From the human T2T-CHM13v2.0 reference genome, Homo sapiens, in assembly GCF_009914755.1 (NCBI RefSeq), contig NC_060928.1: DNA of 64,000 bases; one strand, written 5' to 3'. Below are positions 1-19,200 of this stretch, one piece after another. Position 1 is the first letter of the stretch. Each line of letters opens with the position of its first letter. The notes beneath the pieces are model-generated. The model saw only the letters and a program-made list of their open reading frames with translations. It did no database searches and had not been told where the DNA came from. A program made the translations under genes and the position numbers.

Positions 1-74
1 GTTAGTACCACCTCGTATTTATTTAAATATGGGAATATACCTAAAGACTTATTTCATCTTACCATTTTTGGGTT

Positions 75-300
75 GACAGGTATCAGCCATGGGACATGGG
101 CTGAGGCTGCAGTGACTTGGAGGTTCAATTGAGTTGAAATATTCAAGATAGTTTACTCACATATCTGGCAGTTTATACTCCTTGTTGATTGGAACTAAGC
201 TTGGACCACTGACCAGAGCAACTCCATGTGGCCTCTATATATGGCTTGGTTCTGTGCTTTCTAAGCTCATGGTGAGTGTGTTTTACAAGGTCACATTCTT
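75..300 (-). mobile_element. Old MaLR LTR fragment (MLT1K/L-like)
   Basis: Degenerate match to the recalled MLT1K/L motif ...caagatagtttactcacatatctggcagtt...gaccagagcaactccatgtggcctct. Confidence 0.55.
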
Positions 301-914
301 AAAACAAGTATTCTAATATCTTGAAAATAATTTTAATTAAAATGTAAATAAAATTTGCCTCTTGTCCTCAACAAAATTACAATTCTTGATTCCTTTTATA
401 AATAAAGTGGATGCTTAATAAATTAAGATGAATGAATAAAAATAATTTCAAAACACAAAAAGACAACTATTGAAACTGCGATGTAATTAAACATCTGGAT
501 TAAAGGGGAAATTATTGTGAATTTTATTTATATTTTTATAAAGATTATTGGTAGTTCTGATAATGCCTAGCAGATAATTCCTTTTTGATTCATATAATCA
601 CTGATTGATTAATGCTTTCATGAAAGGTTTTGTTTATTGCCAGATCAAATGTAGCCAGCAATAAGCCTTTCTTTATGATCAGTGTAAATTTGTTTCCTTA
701 AGTCCTTCTTTCTCTTTTATATATTTGTGAAGGAATTCTGGAGTGCTTATTAACAAAAAACATTAATTTTCTCAATTGAGGTTCTATTACTATAAGATCA
801 TCAATATCTACATTGTAAATTTTGGGGGGATAAAAGAGAAAGTTTGCTTTATATTTGATCTAATTTTAAGCAAAACTATGGGCATTTTGATCATTTAAAT
901 AACAAATTTTTATG

Positions 915-1260
915 AAAATCAAATATATGACAGGCACTGTGATAGTCATTGGGGATACCCAAATAAACAAGACCAGTAAAATCATTCCTCTTAATGGAGT
1001 TTTATTTTAGAGAGTGAAACAAACACAAACTTAAATATGAGAATAGATAAAATTTAAGACTGTGATGTGTTAGGAAGAAGCAGGATGATGAATGGATAGG
1101 TATCTCTCTGTCCCTTATCTATCTATCTAATCCACCTGTAACATACTAGGAATAGTCTATTTAAATGGGTGAAATTTAAGGATAAAGGCTAAAAATAATA
1201 TTGAATGAGCTGAGTCAGGTGAAGAACTAGGAAAAACTATATCAGGCAGAAGAAAATCTG
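915..1260 (-). mobile_element. L2 LINE 3' fragment
   Basis: tatgacaggcactgtgatagtcattggggatac...aaacaagac...atggagtttta is typical of the reverse-complemented L2 3' end. Confidence 0.55.
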
Positions 1261-1419
1261 CTAATGATAGAAACTGTTAGGTGGGGATTAAAATAAATGA
1301 ATTACAGCTCAAATATTATGCATCTTTAAATCTACCATGTCCACAATATTTATTTGAAGGCAGAGAATTATCTTACTAAAAAATTGAAAAATTGTAGTAG
1401 AAAATAATTGAAAATCTAA

Positions 1420-1758
<339 letters not shown>

Positions 1759-2251
1759 TAACTTTCAAACGACATTAGTTTCATGGCTACAATTCTTTGT
1801 CCTGACAGTTTTTATAATAGTAATTAGCAAATTTATTGCAAAATAAGAAAATGATTATTAACACAAAAAAGTTCAGTAAAGGACAATTATGTAAAGCAGT
1901 ATGATTTTCTTTCTTAATAGAAACACGTGCTCGGAATTGTAATGTCACATTTTATTTAAATGATTTAGCACTCATTTAGTAGAGTAATATTGACCTTAAA
2001 TTTTTAAATTCTTTTTTTCTTTTATTTTTAATTTAATTTTATTACTATTATACTTTAAGTTTTAGGGTACATGTGCACAATGTGCAGGTTAGTTACATAT
2101 GTATACATGTGCCATGCTGGTGTGCTGCACCCATTAACTCGTCATTTAGCATTAGGTATATCTCCTAATGCTATCCCTCCCCCCTCCCCCCACCCCACAA
2201 CAGTCCACAGAGTGTGATGTTCCCCTTCCTGTGTCCATGTGTTCTCATTGT

Positions 2252-6076
<3,825 letters not shown>

Positions 6077-6139
6077 TATGATGTTAGCTGGTTATTTTGC
6101 TCATTAGTTGAGGCAGTTTCTTCCTAGCCTTGATGGTCT

Positions 6140-7007
6140 TTACAATTTGGCATGATTTTGCAGTGGCTGGTACCGGTTGTTCCTTTCCATGTTTAGTGCT
6201 TCCTTCAGGAGCTCTTTTAGGGCAGGCCTTGTGGTGACAAAATCTTTCAACATTTGCTTGCCTATAAAGTATTTTATTTCTCCTTCACTTATGAAACTTA
6301 GTTTGGCTGGATATGGAATTCTGGGTTGAACATTCTTTTGTTTAAGAATGTTGAATATCGGCCCCCACTCGCTTCTGGCTTTTAGAGTTTCTGCCGAGAA
6401 ATCCGCTGTTAGTCTGATGGGCTTCCCTTTGTGGGTAACCCGACCTTTCTCTCTGGCTGCCCTTAACATTTTTTCCTTCATTTCAACTTTGGTGAATCTG
6501 ACAGTTATTTGTCTTGGATTTGCTCTTCTCGAGGAGTATCTTTGTGGCGTTCTCTGTATTTCCTGAATCTGAATGTTGGCCTGCCTTGCTAGATTGGGGA
6601 AGTTCTCCTGGATAATATCCTGCAGAGTGTTTTCCAACTTGGTTCCATTCTCCCCATCACTTTCCAAATCAGAAGTAGATTTGGTCTTTCACATAGTCCC
6701 ATATTTCTTGGAGGCTTTGTTCGTTTCTTTTTATTCTTTTTTCTCTAAACTTCCCTTCTCACTTCATTTCATTCATTTCATCTTCCATTGCTGATACCCT
6801 TTCTTCCAGTTGATTGCATTGGCTCCTGAGGCTTCTGCATTCTTCATGTAGTTCTTGAGCCTTGGCTTTCAGCTCCATCAGCTCCTTTAAGCACTTCTCT
6901 GTATTGGTTATTCTAGCTATACATTCGTCTAAATTTTTTTCAAAGTTTTCAACTTCTTTGCCTTTGGTTTGAATTTCCTCCTGTAGCTCGGAGTATTTTT
7001 AATCATC
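6140..7007 (-). pseudogene. Truncated, frameshifted L1 ORF1p
   Basis: ESDGENGTKLENTLQDIIQENFPNLARQ...YQPLQNHAKL; N-terminus missing. Confidence 0.92.
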
Positions 7008-9214
7008 TTTGTGTAATACATAGTTACAGTAATGACTTCCAAAGTGACATTCAATCAAAAGTATAATGAATTCCACGTTTTTTTAACCACTTAAATATTC
7101 TTATGAATCATCATAGTGTATGGACTTTACAACTAGAGATTTGTTGTATAGCTTAATTATGCCATGCATTAGTCATATGTCTCAAATATTGTACATACAT
7201 ATCTTAAATCTCTTCTGCATGCTCACTCCTGCTTTCTGTTAAGAAAAAAGTTAAAACATACAGTTTAAAAAAGAGAAAATCTATTAGGTTTGTCAAAAAA
7301 ACCCACAAATATTGACTATTTAGCTACTGAGGAATTGTAATGTAATTTCCCACAGAACAGTGATCAAGTAGGACCTTCACAATTATATGAAAAAAAGGCT
7401 CACATTTTTTGATAGACAACTGGTTGGATTTAATATGTAATATCATTGACTGGTCAAATTTAATATATAATACACAAAGTTATAGGGGTATTCCCCTCAA
7501 TGTAATGATATAATTTCCAAATTCCCACTGGTAATTTTGATAAAACAGTATTTTCTTTATATAGAAATTGCTTGGCAGAAAAAAATGTGGATTTTCATTT
7601 TTATAACAATGCCATCGAGAAATAAAGAAACATACAAAAGTAAGAAAAATCCAAACTAGAAATAGACTAAAGTTTTGTTACCAGCTGAGTCATTAAGATC
7701 TTTTAGGCTCCAAATAACTTACTTATCTTATTGAGAAGCCAATAAATCATGAAATATATAAGCAAGGGCTTTGGAAGAAACAAGTTATTTAGATAGGTAA
7801 AAAATACTATGAGTAGCAAGTATTTTTCCAAATCTAATGTTTTGTTAATATAAACTTTGTAAATGAAATTTTATATTTTAATAAATTTTTTATATAAAAT
7901 TTGTAAAAATTTATATTTTTATTATTTTGTATCAAAGACTTACATTTTTAAATAAAAACAAGCTATAATTATCTTGAAGTTATAAATAGTCATAAAGCTA
8001 ATTTTTGAATTAATTTTATATTTGAAATTATATTAGTTTAACAATTTTTGTTTCAATTTTTAAACAATAATTTTCTTCATTAGAAAGCCAGGTCTTCTAT
8101 TATAATAAGAATCAAGCTCAGTCCTAACAATTAAGGTACATTTGAGCCTTATTTACCCACCAAAATATAAAACTAGTCTAACATACATAGCTGAAATTTT
8201 TCTAATACAAATGATGGTGTGTCTTAAAGTGGTATGTTCATGCAATTCTAAGCTTTTATAATTTATTTCTTCATGGCTGCCAAGAGCAATATGATCTAGG
8301 ACTATCAATATTACCATTGTGACCAATAATGTTTGTTTCTTTATTTCAAACTCTGACATTAATAAAAAGATTTTAAACATTTTAAACTTTATTTAAATTA
8401 TTGTTAGGTAGACGGAACAAAATTAAGTTTTTCCTTAATACTTCTTTTTCATTTTTTATGATTGTATTACCTGGCTTTGAAATCTACTATTTTCTTCTGA
8501 AAGAAAATTATCCATCTATCGTACTATTCTTTTTTCAGGCACTTTGTTCTTTTGTGAATCAGAACAAATTATAAAATGATTGTAACTAGACGATAAACTT
8601 GTTCATAATCTTCCTGTTGCCCCTAAGAGCTAAGCCTCCACTGTTGTAAGATAACACCAGGAAGTCTTACTATAAGCTATGTTGGGTAAACAGATTCACA
8701 AGATTTTTAAATGATCTTACAAAAATCGTATTGAATTCTATATACTCAATTTGTATGTTCCATTTCTGGACATTATTTGCACGAAGATGAGTGAGTGACT
8801 TCACTTCAGCACTTCCTTGTGCACCTGTAGATGAGTTTCCCTTTGGGAATATTGTTCCTAAGACTTTAGGAAGCCATTCAAATAATCAACCGTAAATGAT
8901 ATAATGCACACAGATAAAAGCTCATGTGTCTCCTTTAAGAAGTTACAGGTTCATGAAAGCATAATGGTAATGCTTAGATAATTCTTAGACAAATGTAAGC
9001 AGAGTAGGAAATAAAATCATCAATTACTCTCCTAATCCAACACTGCCATTATTCTAGAACAAATGCATTTATTTTTTAATCCATAAAGATATTTGAAATG
9101 TTTCATCTAATTTAGTTGTTCTGAAAACAAAACAAACAACTGTAACAAAACTTAGTTGTTTGAACTGAATGAAAAACGGTAGAAGAGAATTTACCAGTCC
9201 CAATTCAGGCTGAT

Positions 9215-9638
9215 TGTGTTTGTCAGGATTCTCCATAGATGCAAAACAAATGGGACATATATATATCAAGAGGGAGCTAGAAAAATTTATTTTGAAGAAT
9301 TGGTTCACAAAATTGTGGAAGATGGCAGGTCCAGAATCTTCAGAGCAGGTTGGCAGTTCGTAAATTTTGGAAGGGGTTGATGTAGTCTTGAGTCCAAAGG
9401 AGGTCTGGAACAGAATTACTTTTTCTTTGGGGGACCTCATTCTTTGAACTTAACGTCTTCCCTTGATGGGATGAGGCTCACACATATTATAATGGGTAAT
9501 CTGTTTTACTCGAAGTCTACTTATTACATTGTTAATCACATGGAAAGAATATTTTAACAGCAACATCTAGACTGCTGTTTTGATCATACACTGGGTGCCA
9601 TAGCCTAGGCAAGTTGAAATATAAATGAGCCATCACTG
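9215..9638 (-). mobile_element. MLT2-family (ERVL) solo LTR
   Basis: caggattctcc...gaattggttcac...gggtaatctgttttactc...acatctagactg...agcctaggcaagttga...ccatcac matches the reverse-complemented MLT2 layout. Confidence 0.75.
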
Positions 9639-9689
9639 TGGTTTATGAAACTGTAAACAAAATACTTCAGGGAATATGTGAAAGGCCAA

Positions 9690-10050
9690 TCATTGTATCA
9701 TTGTTAAGACTGCTCAAATGACACTATCTCAAATATCTATCAATCAAGATATTTGTTGACTATTAAAATACACTAAACCAATAAAAGACCATACATACAT
9801 AAAAAGAAGAAAGAAGCTAGCCAAATACAGATATGGAAAGATCTCCAAAATATGCTGTCCTATGAAAATGAAGGATAGAACAATATGTTTAACATGGTAA
9901 ATTTTGTTTAAAAGGGAGGGGTAAAAGTACATATTCAAATGTGCTGGTATGTATAGAAAAATCTAAGGAAAGATGCAATCCAAACATGAAAATATTTTAC
10001 TGTGTTCTGAGGGGATGTGTATGTGGACTCTAAGCAGATATCAAAGAGGA
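9690..10050 (+). mobile_element. Ancient L1ME-type 3' fragment
   Basis: gatatggaaagatctccaaaatatg...tgaaaatgaagg...agaacaatatgtttaacatg resembles the L1ME 3'UTR. Confidence 0.5.
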
Positions 10051-10497
10051 TCAGATATTGATTGGACAGTGCACGGAGGATAAAATATATGAATAAAGGA
10101 TGGAGAGAAGAAAATAAACAGAGGATAACGTGCAAATTGAAGTTATAACTGATATATCTTATTATATCATGTGATTGTCGACTTTTCAAAGAAAATTGTA
10201 GATATAAAAATAATAGAAAATATTTCTTTAAAGAAACTCTTAGGGCTTTTAATTTCTTCTAACATGCATTCAATTTCACTTTATGAATTTTGAAATAATA
10301 AGTAATTCAAGTAACATGAATGTCTGACTTCAGACATAAAATTTGAAATGATGTAAAAATACCAGTAAATGCTTTATTGGTTCTCATGTCTTTATACATT
10401 TTAAGTATTCTTTAAGGAGTAAAAACTATAGTTTTACAGACCACCAAAGTCTTTACGATTTTATAGAAACTATTTTTCATTTTTCTTCTTTCAGATT

Positions 10498-10542
10498 ACA
10501 CACACACACACACATACACACACACGCACACATACACACACA
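10498..10542. repeat. Imperfect (CA)n microsatellite
   Basis: Directly visible. Confidence 0.95.
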
Positions 10543-12067
10543 GATTTAAATGATAGTCAAGCCTTAGGTACATCAGCTTGGTTCGTATGTTCAGAGCTTG
10601 CATTCATCCCAGTGTAGTAAAAGGATAAAAGGTTGCTTTATAGGAAAACTTTAAATTATAGCCACCTGTTGAAAGTTCTAGAAACTTCTAGTCACCACTT
10701 ACGCGAAAATTTTTTCTTTCTTACCTTACAATTTGTTTTGTGGAGAAATAAATGTTATCATGTCTTTTATGCTTTGATAAGTCCTTGATAAGTTATCAAG
10801 TCATTTTGAAACAGAACACATTTAGATATTTAGCAAAATACTTTTTGAGTGGATATAGGCATTTTTATGTGTGTATGTGTGGATAAATACACATGTATAA
10901 ATACAGAAGAAAAAGGGCCTCAAATAATAGATCTGAAAAAATAAAACTTTCAATTATAGTTTTAATATGCTTAAAGTTAACCTTTGTCAACAAAATGGCT
11001 TAGTAACAATGTTGAAGAATTTTACCATTACTACCATACATCAAAATAGGCAAATAGGCAAGAATATATCAAAATAGTTGCAATGTTTGGAAGACAAATT
11101 TTGAATCAGTGCTTTGTCACCATGGCAGAATTTATAAATTATTACAGTTTTAGGGATAACTAGAAGGGGTCCACACAATAAGAAAGATGTTAGGATATCA
11201 TCTTATGAATCTGGGGTTCCATCCTAGAAACAAATGGAATGGATGATAGTAGGAGTCATGTGCAGAACCTCTAGAATGATAACTTCAGAGGCCTGCAATA
11301 TTATATTATCACATGAGACAATAGAAAATAATGTCTCATGATAGTATCATTGTCATGAAATATAACAGCTATCATTTCTATTCTTTGTCTCTAACATGCA
11401 GACAAATAAGTGAAAAATGTATTGGTTAATGTTGTAAAAGTATTTTTTCCTCGACACCCGGTAATTTTGAAAGAACTGTGCATAAGCAGTAAAGCTCAAT
11501 AAACCAGAACTTGAAAATTCAGAATTTTTGGTAACTTGATCTTGTTAATTTGGCCTTAGTTTTTAATGATTTGTAAAAACTATTTTGTCGAACAACTAAG
11601 AAATATTAAAATGATTATTACAATTATGCTTTCCTGTAAACTAATTCATACTTTTGTGAAATGAAAGTTTCTTGACTGGCCTTTCAAATACTGAAGTGGG
11701 GCTTGGGGCACAACCATTAATAATAATAATATAATTATAATAACAACAATAATAATCTCTTATTTGGAATAGATGAAATGCCATGCATCTTAGTGAAATG
11801 TGGAAATTTTGAAGTATTTTAACAACCATTATCTGCACATAAGTAATCACTGTATGAATTATAAAACTTACCCATATTTGTTATTGTACAATTTGCAACC
11901 ATTGATAATCTTGCTCCTAAACATCTCGGAATTAACACAAGTTAAATTCCCACAAAAACATACATAATAGTCTTCCCATTATTAGGTGGCTTAAACTTAT
12001 GTTTTCTTACATCCTTCAGGAAATTACTCATATTTTACAAATAACAAAACAGAAATAAAGTTTTTAT

Positions 12068-12274
12068 AGTATGGTTCCTCATTTTTGGCTTTATTGACAT
12101 TTTAGACCGTATAATTCTTGGTGTGAGGGCTGAACAGTGTATTATAGGACGTTTAGTAGGATCTGTGGCCTCTACCCACCAATAACATCATCCCCAAGTT
12201 GTGACAACCAAAAATGTTTCTAGACATTAACAAATGTTACCTGAGAGTAAAATCACTCCCAATTAGAACCACTG
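12068..12274 (-). mobile_element. MER20 (hAT-Charlie DNA transposon)
   Basis: tattgacatttt...ggcctctacccac...gttgtgacaaccaaaaatgtttctagacatt...agaaccactg. Confidence 0.8.
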
Positions 12275-12569
12275 TTTATAGTCATAAATCTACTTTAAAG
12301 AAAATGTGAGTGCTCTCTTATGATGTTTAATAAAGTAAGAATTAGAAATTTAAGAGGAGACATATTCTTATGGATAATATGTGTTATATGAATACAAAAA
12401 CTATTCTCTCATAAAACAATTTGTAAAGATGAGTAAGATATGAACAAGACTATCAAATATTGGGATTAATTTCACATGGAACACTATAACCCTACATTTC
12501 TTTCAAGTGAAAATAGAACAATTATCTACTTAGCTCATATACTTACCCATAAAATTAGCATCAGCATAT

Positions 12570-13460
12570 ATCAAATAACTGAAATCATACATGATATGTA
12601 CTAAAATGTGACAAATTTGGGCACCAAAATAAGTAGTGATTGTAATATGTAATCGTCCAGAAAATAAAATAAGAGTCAGAAATTATATATCAAATATGTG
12701 AATCGGGTCGGATGAAAGTTCTTCTTACAGGTGAATGCCAATTTATGTTATATTGAACACAGCAAATTATCAATAGATTCTAAAACTAATGTAATAACAT
12801 TTGATGACAAATATGATATCAAAACTATGTAGTTTCAAACTATATTCCCACATATTATTTATTAATTACAATGAGAAAAATTATTTTACAGTGGAAAGTC
12901 TTAGCATATGCTACTTTATGTAAGTGATCACTTGATGCCGCCAATATTAGGATATCACCACCACGTACATACTGATAGGATGCACTGAGAAGTATACAAC
13001 ATCACTTGGGTTGTATTCCTGTCAAAAATGTAAAACTTAAATCTAACCATGAAGAAACTTCAGACAAAACCAAATTGAGGAACATTCTACAAAATCACCA
13101 GTCTGCAGTCTTTGTGAAGTGACTGGAACATGGCATTTAACATCCATGAAAGAAAAATGTTCCGGAGTAAAAGAGACTAAAGACAAATAATCACTAAATG
13201 CAATATGTCACTGTGAAATGAATTCAGGACAAGGATAAGAAAAAAGTCTGCAAAAGACATTATTAAAAAAAATTGATCACTGATAATATATTTGAATATA
13301 GACTGTTGATTATGTAACAGTATCTTAAAAATGTTTAATTTTCTAATTTGAGTATTTTACTGTGGTTATGTAAGAAAATGTGTTTTTTCTTAGGAAATAC
13401 ACACTGAAGTTTTTAGTGGTAAAGAAAAACAGTATCTCCAACTTACTCAAATAGTTTATA
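12570..13460 (+). mobile_element. Old L1 3'UTR (L1MC4/L1MC5-like)
   Basis: gatgcactgagaag...catcact...cagacaaaaccaaattgaggaacattctacaaaa...ggaaatacacactgaagt. Confidence 0.7.
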
Positions 13461-14019
13461 ATTTTTTTATGTTAAAATAATAACAAAATAAAAAGTTACA
13501 AAATATGAGGATTACAAATATAGATTATTGAATTAATTTCAATTTTTTAAAATTAAATATTTATATTTACAAATCCAGAATACACTTGCTCTTAGTGAAG
13601 TTTTAGGAACAATAAAAATAGATTGACAGTGGTTTCTACTGACAAGAGTGTTAACCCTTCATAAGCTACTTGGTAATCTCTAATGAGTTCAAGTTATGTG
13701 AGTCAATGTTTCTGTCATTTGAATCTTTATGTTAATCCAGAAAAAGTTGTTATCGAAGCTGATAAAAGTAGACTCCATCATTTCTAATGTTTCTTTTTTA
13801 TTTAACTGTTAGAGCAATGATGATTAATTTTTAATTCAGTGTAGGTTTTCTATTTTTAGGTGTTTTCATACTATGCTGCATTTTATCGGATAACTGATTT
13901 TGAGTACTCCTTGTCTGTTTCATTGACATAGTGATAGTTCCTGAATCTTATGGATGCAGTGAATAGCCAGAAACACAACCTAGCACATAATAAGTTATTA
14001 CCAACTGTTATTATATAGA

Positions 14020-14240
14020 AGTAGTATATGTGGTTTTCCGAACTGAAGTCAGGCTGCCTCAAGTTCAGCTTTGTAACTTCTTAGTGAATGACTTACTCTC
14101 TTTCCATCAGTTTCCCCATATCTAACGTACAAACAGTAATACTATCTACCTCTTGGGGTTATTATGTGAATAAAATCATTAAATATTTATAAAATATTTA
14201 GAACATCACATAGAAAATGGTATAAAGTCATTACATTAAA
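14020..14240 (+). mobile_element. MIR SINE
   Basis: MIR core: tcagtttccccatatctaa...taatactatctacctcttggggttattatgtgaataaa. Confidence 0.65.
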
Positions 14241-14689
14241 TAATAATGATGATAATATTTCATCAATCACAGGCTAATATATGTTGCATGTGTGTTTCTT
14301 CACTTTCCTTTGGCCAGCTCAGCTAATTGTAGCAACAGTATCTCAGCAGAAGCCATATTACTTTAGAGTAATCTATTTGCGTATAGCCCTTTTAACTTTA
14401 CATAAAACACTTGTATAGTCCCTTAGGGATATTAGACATCTGTACTGCACTAGTTTTCACCACCTGAAAAAAGAGAACTGCTTTATTTGGTTCCTTTTGC
14501 TACAGAGTTTCTTATTTTTAATAGCTCTTTGCAACTGCTAATATATTATTTTGCTGAAGAAATCCTATACTCAATTTATGATGAGTGTAAATTTCACCCA
14601 ATGTATTTAAATTTTTGTTTTAATAGCTATCTCAATGTTATGCAATTAATTCAATGTCTGTAAAATGTATGCAAACAATCAAAGAATGA

Positions 14690-15035
<346 letters not shown>

Positions 15036-15540
15036 AGGCAGCTCTTAAAGATAGTCCTTAGTGATGTCTACCTTTTGATGTTCACACCCTTATATAATTC
15101 CCTCTCCATGAGTGTGAGCCAGTTACTTCTAACCAATAGAATACCACAGTGGTGAGAGAAGATACAACTTTCACTGCTAGGTTAGGAAAGGTCGTGGCTT
15201 TTATATCTTGTTAGCAGACCTGCTCCATTTCTTTCTTGGCTTGCCTGCTTTCATGAAACAAGCTGCCATGCTGGAGGGGCCCACTCAGCAAAAAACTAAG
15301 GACAAACGTGGCCCAACACACCACTAGGAACTGGTTTTTCTAGTATCTTTGTCCAATTAAGCGTTGAGATGGCTATGGCCCAGCCAATACCTTGATTGCA
15401 GCTCGTGAGACACGCTGCAGTAGAGAACCCTGTAAAGCTGTGCCAAGATATCTCATCCCAGAATGTGAAATAATACACGCATGTTTTATTGAGCCTTTAA
15501 ATTTTGGGGTAATTTGTTATGTGGAAATAATGAATGCAGT
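15036..15540 (+). mobile_element. MLT1F/E-like MaLR LTR (5' tip interrupted by the AluY)
   Basis: ttcacacccttatataattccctctccatgagtgtg...cttctaaccaatagaata...gtaatttgttatg. Confidence 0.7.
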
Positions 15541-16681
15541 ATTTTAATCATAAAATATGCAAAGGGCCATCTTAGAATGCATTTGGCTGTTATAGGATAC
15601 AATTCTTCAACAGATAAATATGTATAATGTCTTCTTTCCCTTAAGAATAATTATTTCCTAAAAACAGATTTACTCAGTAGAACACAAAAACTCCAAAGTA
15701 ATTTCAAATCAGTTTGACAACTATTTTATTAATTTCCTCTCACATAGTTCAGAATCAAAAAATGAAATTTTGGTTTAAAACCAACATTTTTATAATCTAT
15801 ACAATCAAAGCTTTTGCTGCAGAATTCAGTTATTAATGGGAGTCTGTATTTTTCAGGAAAATAAACAGAGTTTTCCAAACCTACAAGCTTAACATCTAGA
15901 ATATGTAACTTGGCCTTTTTAAAGATTTAAGAACCCTTTGGAGCTGAGTCAGTTCTGAACCTGAAACTGCCCTTGGATTTTGGGGGACCACAGTACTACT
16001 GGATTTGTAGTTTTTAGACAATCCAAGGTTACAGGATATTGGATGAGTTCTTACTACAGAAAGGGCGACCTTGCTTGTGACTTCTGTTTACACTGCTCAC
16101 ATTCATATGGGGTGTTACCAAAATTATCCCAAGGAGGAAAGTTTAAATATGTGGATATCTGATTTCTAATTTTTTAAAATTCTTCTTAGGTATTTTTCAC
16201 TATGGTTTCCCTTATATTATTGCCACTGTGAAGGACAATTCATCTCATAAAGCTTTTAGTTTACCTCTTAATGAACTGATTTTATGCCTTAGGTACTTCC
16301 TGCAAGATAGATCAATCCACCTCACAACTAAATATGCTTAACTCATGCATTATTCTAAAAAAAATTCTTCCTGGATGTTGAAACTGTTATATTCATTTTA
16401 ATATAAAAATAAATTTTCCATAATGATTTTTACATAGGAATTTTAAGTTAGATGTACAGATTAAATTGTATTATGTCATTGTTGCTATATTTCAAAGTGA
16501 GTCTCAGAGTGATTCTATATTTTGAAATTTCTCCCTTAAGGATATTAATATAAGGATAATCTAAGCTATAAGTACATTTAAAGAAATTTAGAAAATTAGT
16601 TATATTTTAATATAAATTCTGACATTTTATTCTGAGCTCTACACTTGCTTGGCTGTAACATATAATTATTGTGTGCAGGTT

Positions 16682-16706
16682 TGTGTGTGTGCATGTGTGT
16701 GTGTGT
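16682..16706. repeat. Short imperfect (TG)n
   Basis: Directly visible. Confidence 0.85.
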
Positions 16707-16852
16707 TTAACGTGGTTTACTTTGGTTCTTTTGTTAGTTCTCTCATGTACATTTATATGCAATAGACACTTGCAGCAGCCATTATTCTCATATGCAGTAG
16801 CAAGACCTTAATTGAATACATAACGGTCTTAATTATTACTCTATATAACCTT

Positions 16853-16968
16853 TGTCTTAACCTCCTGGGGCTTCCATAACAAAATACCATACACTAGTGG
16901 CTTAAGCAACAGATATTTATTTTCTCAAAGTTCTGGAGTCTGGAAGTTCAAGATCAGGGTTTCAGCAT
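16853..16968 (-). mobile_element. MLT1/MST LTR 3' fragment
   Basis: ccataacaaaataccatacactagtggcttaagcaacagatatttattttctcaaagttctggagtctggaagttcaagatcaggg. Confidence 0.7.
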
Positions 16969-17653
16969 CTGCATTTATAAAATAAATGCTTTGTGGAAAA
17001 CATAAAACAGTTACTTACTTTCGATCAAGATTTAGGTGGGCTCTGCAAAACTCTTAATATTTCTTTGTCATCTTCACTATAATTTAGCTTACTGACCTCT
17101 TTAAGTATACTATTCTAAGAAAAGAAAGGTGCTACTGAAACTTTCCTAGACAAATGAGGTAAATGAGCTATAAACAAAGACCGCTCTGCCCTAACTCAAA
17201 TCGGCTTTCTACAAGAATATGGTTGTTTCAGAGAGCAATTGCTTACAGTTTATAGGGATAATGATAAATTTCTCAGTAACAGAAAAGAACCAGCCTGCTT
17301 TTCATTCCAGGATAACAGCATCTGAAGCTATTATCTTTAAGTAATACAATATTTACAAACAATTAATGGTGATTTTTTTAAAAACAGCCCCCAAATTTTC
17401 CTATAAATAAGGAAATTCTCATTTTGAGATTTAAAAAGTCCCCATCTAATTTCAGAGTACTTATTCAAGTGTGAATAATTATTGTCTAGATTTAAATAAT
17501 TTTAAAGATTCTAAAGAGTAAGCAAGGTCTCAAGGGAGAAGAGGTAGGCTCGTAAGTTATAAAAAATCAGGGAGTCATAAAACATACCTGGGAATACAGG
17601 ACTACATTTTCATATAAAACCATTCATATTTAAACTTTACGGTTAAGAAAAGA

Positions 17654-17982
<329 letters not shown>

Positions 17983-18742
17983 CTAAACATGTGAGAACAC
18001 ATGTTGTTAATATAAAACAGATATAAAGTGAAGAAAGCAACTCAAATTCTATAATTTTAATATTTTCTAAATATTTTCTTATATTTTAGCTTATATATTC
18101 TATTTTAATGTTTCTTTTGTAATCCCAAGTAGTAATGTCTATATTTATAAGCTCTGAAATCCTTTTTTAAAAATATTTGCTGAATATATAATATATGTGT
18201 ATGCATATTTATTCTTTGTAAATTGGCAATGGCTTCCTCTGTGTCTGTGCCTTTTTATGTATTCATTTGTATGTAAATATGCATGTAAATAGTTTAACTG
18301 TTGGTTTTTAACAGTACTAAATATAAATATGTAAAATTGCTTTTATTATTATAAAAATAAGTTTTCAACTAACATTATTATACACAAATATATTACTAAC
18401 TCTGTCACATATATCTAGTAATTTATGAGAATAAGGAATAGAAAAACAATACTTATCTCTTTCACTGTATATGTTTATGCATCCGCATGTTTTTGTGTTT
18501 ATGTACATGCATTTTATATATTTACTTATTTTTGTATAAATGCTCTTAATTGGTTTATTTCATTTTTTTACTTAATAAAAAATATAAGGGCAGAATGATG
18601 AAGGAATATTAATAAACATTTAAGATTTGCTTTCATTCTAAAATATGAAGGTGATAGAAAAATTAGATTATATTCTAATTAAAAATGGCATCCCCAGATA
18701 GTACATATGCTTTTAAGTTATATATCCTACATGATACTGTTT

Positions 18743-19200
18743 TGAAGGAATAAAAAATATACCTCTGTGGTATACTGAATATTTGAAATTAAAGGCATAT
18801 GAAAAACAGCAGGTACAAGAAGAGCACTCTGACTTTAATCCTGTTTCTTAAAAGCAGAAGATGAAATTCCCATGTGAAAGATGTACCATTCTAATAATCA
18901 AGGGCAGGAAGTCAAGACAGGGAGAATTCTGTACAGATCTTGTTAAAATAACCCTTATCTTTTAAGCCTCCTTACAAAATGTAGTTGCTTTTTCACGACT
19001 TATTATTCGTTGTCCAATTCTGTATGTGACACTAACTGTTCTTTGGGTTTTTGTTTCTTTATGAGGGCTCCCATGCCACATAAAACTTGTATTAAATAAA
19101 TTTGTATGCTTTTCTCCTATTAATTTCTTTTATGTCAATTTAATTATTGGGCCCAGTTGATACCCTAAGACTAGAAAGATAGAGTATAGCCACCCTTATG
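18743..19200 (+). mobile_element. MER34/MER39-family ERV1 solo LTR
   Basis: gagggctcccatgccacataaaacttgtattaaataaatttgtatgcttttctcctattaat...ccctaaga is characteristic of the MER34 group. Confidence 0.7.

Noticed and set aside
7419-7472. Degenerate 30-bp period tandem duplication (actggt...atttaatat.taata)
   Set aside because: Only two old copies in AT-rich DNA; there are no spacers or array structure, so it is not CRISPR-like.
9069-9440. 123-aa minus-strand ORF
   Set aside because: It starts within an MLT2 LTR and shows no recognisable domain.
11312-11340. Hairpin catgagaca-N11-tgtctcatg
   Set aside because: A 9-bp stem is expected by chance in 64 kb and is too short for a pre-miRNA or MITE.
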